Sequence record: OR352954
From: Escherichia phage AV124
Length of the DNA stretch: 64,000 nucleotides
Reading direction: 5' to 3' (one strand)
Shown here: in pieces, positions 57,477 to 64,000 of the stretch
Position numbering within the stretch: position 1 is the stretch's first letter
How the letters are laid out: each line of letters begins with the position of its first letter
The notes under the pieces: generated by a model
The model's input: the letters and a program-made list of their open reading frames with translations, nothing else
What the model was told of the DNA's origin: nothing
Database searches by the model: none
Position numbers and translations under genes: made by a program

Positions 57477-58616
57477 TTAGATTGCGGGTAATTGTGTTGC
57501 AGATTCAGGTACAACCTGTTCTGCGATTAACAAAATAGTTGAAGGGATGAATGTTGATCCAACAGCGGAAATCAAACACTGAGTCCCGTTTGTCGCCATA
57601 TTGCCATTAACATCCACGCTGAACATATTGAGTAAGTTAATTGTATCCTGTTGAGATGTACCTTGTACACGAGCTGCCGTTAGTCTGTTACCGACTGAAG
57701 GTGGGAAATTTAATTCTATCGCACGGTTACTTGAACTACTCGACCAAGTTCCAATCAAATTCAGCTTAAAGTAAACGCTAAAGTTTGAGTTGTATACAAT
57801 CATCTTATCGACGGTGGTATTGAAGAGCGGAGATAAACTACCGGAATGGGGTATATTCTTCAGAAGAGTGATAAGATTTGTTTCTGGACCTATCGTTACA
57901 TCTGTAAGATTTGTCCAAGTAACTTCCACCTTTCTTCTTATACGAGATTCCGCAGGGGTTCCTGGCTCACCATCATCACCTTTTGGTCCCTCTGGACCCT
58001 GAGGTCCAGATGGGCCTTGTGGACCAGCAGGCCCTGTAGGCCCGACCGGGCCTGTAGCACCTTGTGCTGCCATTAATGCCCAGTGTGTGGCAGAAGCCGG
58101 GTCTCCAGTAGGAGGCACTCCAGTTGACGTCAGTGTGTTGAAATACAATGCCCCGTTGTAAACAGCAGCATCGTTCTCAACATATGTTGTCGTTGAGGAA
58201 TAGTTACCTTTAAACTCTAGACCCGTAGCCCCAGAAGGTCCCGTAGGTCCCTGTGGCCCCGTTGGGCCTTGAGGCCCTTGAGGGCCAGTTGGTCCTGCTG
58301 GTCCTTCTTCACCTTGAGGCCCTTCCGGGCCTTGAACTCCACGAGGTCCCTGCGGGCCTTGGGTTCCAGGTATTCCTTGGATTCCCTGAGGACCTGTAGC
58401 CCCATCCTGCACATTTATAATCGTTTTTACAGCATCTTGGTCAGCTGCTTTTAATATCTCTTTACCAATATCAGACGCATCGGTGATAGATTCAACAGTA
58501 ATCTCACCTGACCCGCCATTCATGATATCATCAAAATCGATCTTATTACCAGTCTTCTGACTAACAAGTGTTCTTCCATAAACAACACCAGCTACGCCAG
58601 CCGAAGCTATTGACAT
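57477..58616 (-). CDS. collagen-like repeat virion protein (head or tail fibre)
   Basis: Two Gly-X-Y tracts '[19 protein letters not shown]...' and '[34 protein letters not shown]'. Confidence 0.6.
   Translation of the reverse strand: MSIASAGVAGVVYGRTLVSQKTGNKIDFDDIMNGGSGEITVESITDASDIGKEILKAADQDAVKTIINVQDGATGPQGIQGIPGTQGPQGPRGVQGPEGPQGEEGPAGPTGPQGPQGPTGPQGPTGPSGATGLEFKGNYSSTTTYVENDAAVYNGALYFNTLTSTGVPPTGDPASATHWALMAAQGATGPVGPTGPAGPQGPSGPQGPEGPKGDDGEPGTPAESRIRRKVEVTWTNLTDVTIGPETNLITLLKNIPHSGSLSPLFNTTVDKMIVYNSNFSVYFKLNLIGTWSSSSSNRAIELNFPPSVGNRLTAARVQGTSQQDTINLLNMFSVDVNGNMATNGTQCLISAVGSTFIPSTILLIAEQVVPESATQLPAI
57957..58403 (-). repeat. coding Gly-X-Y (collagen triple-helix type) tandem repeats
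   Basis: Periodic GGNCCN nonamers on plus strand; corresponds to aa ~72-132 and ~186-220 of the 379-aa protein. Confidence 0.7.
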
Positions 58617-58632
58617 ACTCTACCTCTCAGGC

Positions 58633-59166
58633 TTAAGCTGTCAGCGCTGCCTCAAGATCAGCCAACATGTTTTCGAAGGTCTTGGTCTTCGACAGAGTAA
58701 CACCTTTGTTTGCTGCGAATTCAGCAAGTTTATCTTTGCTGCCTTTTTTATCCGCATCATCTCGTAAAGCAGAGGCTTCCGCAATAATTGCTTTCACATC
58801 GGGGTTTACTTGCTCATTGGCTTTTGCATTATCTTCTATAACCTGTGCAACCACGGTTTCTTCAACCTTTTGTTTAGCCACTGACGACTTAACATCAGAA
58901 GGTGGTGTAATCTCACCATTAAAGAATACGATAAAGTTGCCCATTCTCAGGGTGGAGGCCTTAGTATCTACAGGAAGACCTGACAGGTCTGCAAGTTCCT
59001 GGAAGAACTCCATGAAAGAACGAAAAGCCTTCATTTGCTTACCAAGGGCGAATCCATTTAGGGGTAAGCGGCTTGAAGCACTAATGTTCAATTCGGGAAT
59101 GTATGCACCAAAGAACTTGAAAAGCTCTACCTTGTTCGGGAAAATGCGATAATTTTGATTTGCCAT
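58633..59166 (-). CDS. hypothetical virion protein
   Basis: ATG 59166 (MANQNYRIF...) after AAGGAG; downstream of capsid terminator. Confidence 0.4.
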   Translation of the reverse strand: MANQNYRIFPNKVELFKFFGAYIPELNISASSRLPLNGFALGKQMKAFRSFMEFFQELADLSGLPVDTKASTLRMGNFIVFFNGEITPPSDVKSSVAKQKVEETVVAQVIEDNAKANEQVNPDVKAIIAEASALRDDADKKGSKDKLAEFAANKGVTLSKTKTFENMLADLEAALTA

Positions 59167-59229
59167 AGAATCTCCTTTGATCCTCATAAACCTCTTGACA
59201 TATAAGATCACTATGCTAATCTTAAAATG

Positions 59230-59260
59230 AAAAAAGGGAGAGGTGATTAACACCTCCCCC
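59230..59260 (-). terminator. intrinsic terminator after major capsid gene (minus strand)
   Basis: 10-bp stem (one mismatch) GGGGGAGGTG/CACCTCTCCC with TTAAT loop, then TTTTTT on minus strand. Confidence 0.55.
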
Positions 59261-59284
59261 TCTTAGAGGTAGCTTTAAGCTATA

Positions 59285-60298
59285 TTACGCGAAAGTACCA
59301 GTCAGTTTAACAACCAGCTCTGGGCGGCAGTTAACTGTCAGGAAGGAAGTTTCAGACTCTACCTTCTCTTCACGCAGGTAAGCAGAAGATTTGTACCACA
59401 GGTACAGTTCTTGTGCCGGAGTATTCGCTTCACGAACATCATCTGCTGGCGCATAGTGGATCTGGAACATGTTGTCGATACCGCGCGGCAGCATGTAAGC
59501 TTCACCGTCCGGGATGTAACCGGAGATATCTTCGATGTACAGAACGTTTTTGTGAACGAAGGAACGGTTGTTAGCGTTTTCCTGACCTTCACCAAGACGA
59601 CGACGCAGCGGCTCTTGAGTAGAGCTGTAGTATTGGTATGCGTTCATGATCAGCGGGTGAGCGATGAAAGCAGAGAACCATTTACGAGAAGCCAGGACTA
59701 CGATGTCGTAGTTGTTTCCGTTGTCACCAGCGTTGTCGATGATGAATGCACGACCATCGTTTTCGAGCAGGTCAGACGGGTCAACTGCAACGTCAGTGAA
59801 ATCTACGTTAACAACTTCCTGGGTAACACCCCATTCGGTGAAGTAGTTATACTGAGCGGTCGGGTCCTGCGGTGCCCAAGATTTACCCATGATTGCCTGA
59901 AGCATTGCTTTTTCTTTAAGCTGTTCATGAGAAATACGGATACGACGAACAACACGTTCAACTACGTCCTGTACAGATTTAGGAGCATCCGCAGTGAAAT
60001 ATTTACGGAAGTTCTGTACGTCTGCCGGAGTGATCTGACGATCCAGCGGGAAGAACGGGATGTTGAAGTTTTTCAGTTGGGCCTTTTCAGTACCAACGTA
60101 GTTACGTTCACCCTGACGACGACGAGCTGGGAAGTCGGTTACAACTTCGTCAACACGCTCGATCTGGGCGATAGTAGAGACACCGTGATAAGCCTCGAAA
60201 AGGTTCATGTTGGTGATCATACGGTACTGACGAGGTACGATTTCCAGAGTTGCGCCTAGATCGACGATCTGGAAATCATTAGTGCGTACTACTGCCAT
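59285..60298 (-). CDS. major capsid protein (lambda gpE-like family suspected)
   Basis: 337 aa; follows scaffold and decoration genes; followed by strong terminator; pattern resembles Phage_cap_E proteins. Confidence 0.6.
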   Translation of the reverse strand: MAVVRTNDFQIVDLGATLEIVPRQYRMITNMNLFEAYHGVSTIAQIERVDEVVTDFPARRRQGERNYVGTEKAQLKNFNIPFFPLDRQITPADVQNFRKYFTADAPKSVQDVVERVVRRIRISHEQLKEKAMLQAIMGKSWAPQDPTAQYNYFTEWGVTQEVVNVDFTDVAVDPSDLLENDGRAFIIDNAGDNGNNYDIVVLASRKWFSAFIAHPLIMNAYQYYSSTQEPLRRRLGEGQENANNRSFVHKNVLYIEDISGYIPDGEAYMLPRGIDNMFQIHYAPADDVREANTPAQELYLWYKSSAYLREEKVESETSFLTVNCRPELVVKLTGTFA

Positions 60299-60318
60299 TA
60301 TTTTCTCCTTGGTGTAGA

Positions 60319-60738
60319 TTAGATAGACGTTACTGGGATCTCAACGGAGCCGTCGTAATATTTATCAGTGATCTTCAGACCTTTGGCCTCAAGAGCAGCG
60401 ATAGCAGCAGCGTTGATAGCAGTAGTACCGTCAGCAAAGAACAGTTTGGATTTGTTCAGGGTCAGACCACGAACAGCCACAACGAAGTTGTATTTAGTAC
60501 CAACAACAAACTCACGAGGAGCATCGTATGCAGGAACCAAATCGCGGTCGGTGATTACACCAAATGCGCTTGCAGCGTCGGAAGTTGCAGCCAGAGTACC
60601 ATCAGACTTGACGATCATCCCAGCCTTCAGCCCTGCGGAATAAGTGATTTCCATTTCCAGGAAGCTGTAGCCCTGATCAGAAGAATCAACTTTACCCAGG
60701 ACGATGTCAGAGTAGTACCCTTGAATCGGATTAGCCAT
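60319..60738 (-). CDS. head decoration protein (gpD-like)
   Basis: 139 aa immediately upstream of capsid gene; 'GTLAATSDAASAFGVI' resembles gpD-type core. Confidence 0.4.
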   Translation of the reverse strand: MANPIQGYYSDIVLGKVDSSDQGYSFLEMEITYSAGLKAGMIVKSDGTLAATSDAASAFGVITDRDLVPAYDAPREFVVGTKYNFVVAVRGLTLNKSKLFFADGTTAINAAAIAALEAKGLKITDKYYDGSVEIPVTSI

Positions 60739-60757
60739 TTATATTATCTCCTCGATA

Positions 60758-61753
60758 TTAGGCAGTTTTGCGAGCGCGAGCAGCTTCTAGAGCTTTCTGC
60801 ACGTTTGCTTTAAGAACGTCTTCGGCAGATTTAGCCAGGTCATCAGTCACAACCTCTTGGTTGATGCCATTTTCCTGAGTGCCGAACTCTTTCTTCACAG
60901 TTTCAACTTCTGTTTCCAGTTCGCTAATACGAGCTTGGGCTTTTTCCAGAAGAGCCACCACTGGGGCGTTAGCTTTTTCAATGATGAAGTCAGCAAGAGA
61001 TTCATGATCTTCTTCAGCGGCAAAAGTAAAACCTTTGGCTTTTGTAAGAGCATTTTTCTTTTCTGCTTCAACAGCAGCCTTGATAATCAGTTCTGCTTGG
61101 GCATTTTTTGCATTAGCTTCTTCAAGCTTTTTAACCAGGTCCAGGTACTCCTGGGATTTGGTTACATCAACAGTATCGGACACAGAGGTCTCCTTGTTTT
61201 CAATTGTATTTTGAACAGGTACGTCTGGTTTAGCAGCGTCCTTGATGACCTCAGTCTCCTGAGTGTCTTTGGCATCAAAAATGACACCGTGCTCTGCAAC
61301 ACCCTTCTCAAACATCTGTTGGAGTTTGATTAGTTCATATTGCTTCACAAGGTCCAGCTCTTCACCTGCATTTGCAGCTTTGGCGATAGAGATGGACTCC
61401 ATCTTCGATTCTAACCATTCTTGGTTATCATCATTCCAACGTTGCAGCCACTCATCATCAGGATTTTCAGCAGCAGCGTTTTCCAGTTCTGTTTCGAAGC
61501 CCAAAAGTTTGGCAAGGAGTTCAGCATCACTACTCCACATATCGAAGAAGCGACGAAGGAATTCTTCAAAGCTCATATCGACAGTAACTTGGCGAAGTGC
61601 CTTAACCACGTCTTTGGTAATCTGTTCAGGTGCAAGGTCAGACTTCATCAGAAGACTAACCGGACGCATATTTGCAGAATAACCTTGACTCTTGTGGCAG
61701 AGTGCGATACCCTTATCCTTAATAGTTTTGGCCTTGACTACGAGTGCGCTCAT
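60758..61753 (-). CDS. scaffolding protein
   Basis: 331 aa, Ala/Glu/Lys-rich predicted coiled coil; between portal-proximal gene and capsid. Confidence 0.5.
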   Translation of the reverse strand: MSALVVKAKTIKDKGIALCHKSQGYSANMRPVSLLMKSDLAPEQITKDVVKALRQVTVDMSFEEFLRRFFDMWSSDAELLAKLLGFETELENAAAENPDDEWLQRWNDDNQEWLESKMESISIAKAANAGEELDLVKQYELIKLQQMFEKGVAEHGVIFDAKDTQETEVIKDAAKPDVPVQNTIENKETSVSDTVDVTKSQEYLDLVKKLEEANAKNAQAELIIKAAVEAEKKNALTKAKGFTFAAEEDHESLADFIIEKANAPVVALLEKAQARISELETEVETVKKEFGTQENGINQEVVTDDLAKSAEDVLKANVQKALEAARARKTA

Positions 61754-62379
61754 TCGTTTTCCTCGGCAATCTCAATCCCGAAATCGAGTCCGGTGATTTC
61801 ACCAGTCTCCTTGTCTGTGTAGCCAGAGCATTGAATGCTCAGTCCACCGACAGCGTTGGCCTTTTTCAAGAGCCACAGTTCAGGATCATTGTATTTAACC
61901 TTAGCTACCCAGGTGCCAGCTTTAATGATTTGCTCGCTACCGATAACCACGACATCGAACTCTTCTTGAATCCAAGTCTTCTCGATGGTAAAGGCATCAG
62001 TCTCGACAATGTGGAACAGGTTCTCTTTAACAAGACCAGCCGCTCGCGCAGCATCGAAACTTTCCTTACCTTTGACGATTGTCTCTGGAGACATCCATTC
62101 ACCGTGGGCATCCCTAGTGTTTGGTTCATAAATGACTTCGTAAGAAATCATTTGTTCTCCAGCATCTTTGACAACAGATACAGGCTTGGCATTCTTTTGA
62201 ATTGCTGTCTTCTTCAGCCCTACATGGAGTACATCTTTAGATGCTTTCTCAATAGCGGCTTCAGGAGATAGGCCTGAATCAATCAGGCCATTTGCGAGAA
62301 CCAGTACCTTGCTCTTCTGAATGAGAGACAGATTCGATACTGATGCAGGAAGGTCAGCAATACTTGAGTATTTCATCAT
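61750..62379 (-). CDS. head morphogenesis protein (possible prohead protease)
   Basis: Position between portal and scaffold; no catalytic motif recognised. Confidence 0.3.
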   Translation of the reverse strand: MMKYSSIADLPASVSNLSLIQKSKVLVLANGLIDSGLSPEAAIEKASKDVLHVGLKKTAIQKNAKPVSVVKDAGEQMISYEVIYEPNTRDAHGEWMSPETIVKGKESFDAARAAGLVKENLFHIVETDAFTIEKTWIQEEFDVVVIGSEQIIKAGTWVAKVKYNDPELWLLKKANAVGGLSIQCSGYTDKETGEITGLDFGIEIAEENE

Positions 62380-62443
62380 TTTCCCCGTTGATAGTTATTT
62401 TAACACCGTTTATTTTCTTTTGCAAGTTATTTCAGTGAGTTGC

Positions 62444-63991
62444 TTAGTTATCCAAGTTAGAGACAGAATTATCTCTTACTTTAGACGTCCCATTACCAGA
62501 AGTACCTTGCTTCATTCCATCACCGGAGCGACTGGTATCTTCCCCAAGGATCTTGAGTAGTTCCTCTTGAGATGTGTTTTCAGGAATCTCTTCATCAAAC
62601 CCACCAACCTCAAGGATCTTATTGATAACTGTAGGTGTCTTCGGCAGATAACCAACAGCACCAATTCTCTGAACAAATTTGGAGAAGCTTTCCATATCAA
62701 CTTCCTGGATAGCTCCAGGCTTAAGTCTCGGCATGTCTTCATCAGACAAACGGATATTATTAAGAGCGAGTAGTTGAGGAATCAAGTTCTTGTTGAATGA
62801 TTCACAAATAATATCGATATCTCGTTGAACAAAATGCCCGTGGATTGTTTGTTTTGATTCCGACAGGTTGTAAGACCCTTGACCATCATTCCCTAAGTTG
62901 ATGAACCCCGCACCAAATCTGTCCAAGATCGCCTTCTTACGCTCTTGTATTAGATCCTTGGTACTATACTGTTTACCAACCCCATCGATTCCCTTAAGGG
63001 TCATCTTATACTGCTCACCGCCCTTATCATTCATATCTGAAGGTAAGATGAAGTAAGATTGTTCACCTGAGTGTGCGTTTGCAGCGTCAGCCATCAGACC
63101 ACGAACCATATCTGCTTCAGGTGATCTCGGGTCCATAGACGCCTTATTCAGAATTGAAGAAGGGATCTTTAATTCAATGATACCACCGAGGTCCTTAGAT
63201 GCCCCTATAACTTCAAGGTTTTCGATCAGGATTTTTTCACGGAATGCACGGTAACAACCAACAAGAGGTGATACACCTGTAGGGTTTGATTCTGTCCCAC
63301 CAAGAGACATTATCATCAACTTATTCACAGGGATGAATTTCTCATCCGCACTTCCTGACAGATTTGTGACGAGACTCATAGCCCCAGCAATCTGGTTCAT
63401 CCCGTTCTGAAAATTAGCAAAAGCCAGTGCGCTTTGATAAACACCCGTAATTGTCCTTCCATCATCGCTGAAGACAAAAGGTTTTGTACGAGAGAGGCTT
63501 GACTGAGGACGGAAAGCAATTTTGTCGATCGTCATATAGCCTGCGTACTTAGATGGCGCGGATTCTGTTCTGTAGACCTTTTCGAATACAGAGAAACCAT
63601 ACTCGTTAAATGTCGCAGCACTTCTCGCCACATCGCGAAGCGTCTGTTGGTTAGCAAGATTCTTCAGAGCATACTCGACGAAATCTGCCGCTTTTTTAGA
63701 CTCTTCACTATCTCGGTTGAAAAGAATTTTAAAATCATTGAAAGCCTTGGTGACAAAAACATATTTCGTATCCAGCGCTGTGGCAACAGTATGGTCTTGC
63801 TTCATGGAATCCACTGTTGCGAGGAACATAGGCCAGCGGAGTTCTTCAACCTTCATAATCTCAGATTCAGCACGAATCTGAGACAATGCTCCACTACCAA
63901 GTTCTCCAGTACGGACACGACTCACAGCAAGGTTTTCATTCCCTGCTTTTGCCACCGCATTCTTTCTTTTTCTGTTTCTGCGATTTGACAC
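62444..63991 (-). CDS. portal protein (putative)
   Basis: 515 aa; first gene of the visible late block, upstream of protease/scaffold/capsid. Confidence 0.5.
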   Translation of the reverse strand: MSNRRNRKRKNAVAKAGNENLAVSRVRTGELGSGALSQIRAESEIMKVEELRWPMFLATVDSMKQDHTVATALDTKYVFVTKAFNDFKILFNRDSEESKKAADFVEYALKNLANQQTLRDVARSAATFNEYGFSVFEKVYRTESAPSKYAGYMTIDKIAFRPQSSLSRTKPFVFSDDGRTITGVYQSALAFANFQNGMNQIAGAMSLVTNLSGSADEKFIPVNKLMIMSLGGTESNPTGVSPLVGCYRAFREKILIENLEVIGASKDLGGIIELKIPSSILNKASMDPRSPEADMVRGLMADAANAHSGEQSYFILPSDMNDKGGEQYKMTLKGIDGVGKQYSTKDLIQERKKAILDRFGAGFINLGNDGQGSYNLSESKQTIHGHFVQRDIDIICESFNKNLIPQLLALNNIRLSDEDMPRLKPGAIQEVDMESFSKFVQRIGAVGYLPKTPTVINKILEVGGFDEEIPENTSQEELLKILGEDTSRSGDGMKQGTSGNGTSKVRDNSVSNLDN

Positions 63992-64000
63992 GAGTCATCC

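Noticed and set aside
57957-58403. Short-period DNA repeats that might be taken for a CRISPR array or VNTR
   Set aside because: The periodicity is 9 nt and in frame, encoding Gly-X-Y collagen-like repeats inside a long ORF; there are no spacer-repeat units or cas genes.
1-64000. Integrase, repressor or attachment site indicating a prophage
   Set aside because: No tyrosine or serine recombinase or CI/Cro-like pair seen; gene content fits a virulent phage.

Overview
This window reads as 64 kb of a virulent tailed dsDNA phage with a contractile tail; no integrase or repressor module is visible. Codon usage and an E. coli SSB-like C-terminal tail point to an enterobacterial host, but that is inference. 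All calls come from reading the sequence and ORF track by eye, with no searches run; hand-derived coordinates (adjusted starts, hairpins, slippery site) may be off by a few nt.

Layout: nt 1-29141 is a rightward (+) early and DNA-metabolism block; a bidirectional terminator sits at about 29.15 kb; nt 29174-63991 is a leftward (-) morphogenesis block.

The + block holds four HNH endonucleases, a macro-domain protein, an Rnl2-like RNA ligase, a secreted SleB-like hydrolase, rIIA/rIIB, a Dda-like helicase, a compact C5-methyltransferase-like protein, a T7 gp4-like primase-helicase, a T7-like family A DNA polymerase, an SSB, and many small unknown ORFs.

The - block runs portal, scaffold, decoration protein, major capsid, collagen-like protein, neck proteins, sheath, tube, chaperone, tape measure, baseplate, and a large set of tail fibres and tailspikes.

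The main leads, in order of interest:
- A NAD+ salvage module (NadR-like NMNAT/RNK, DUF4326, PnuC) with a macro-domain protein elsewhere in the block; the PnuC+NadR route from nicotinamide riboside may be an undescribed phage counter-defence pathway.
- A promoter- and terminator-bounded cassette encoding an unrecognisable 676-aa protein plus a 131-aa partner, with host-like codon usage.
- The DNA polymerase gene is interrupted just before motif C by an insertion carrying an HNH endonuclease.
- Five tail proteins share an N-terminal anchor motif but carry different C-terminal domains.
- A promoter-ORF-terminator moron on the opposite strand inside the structural operon.
- A programmed -1 frameshift in the tail assembly chaperone.
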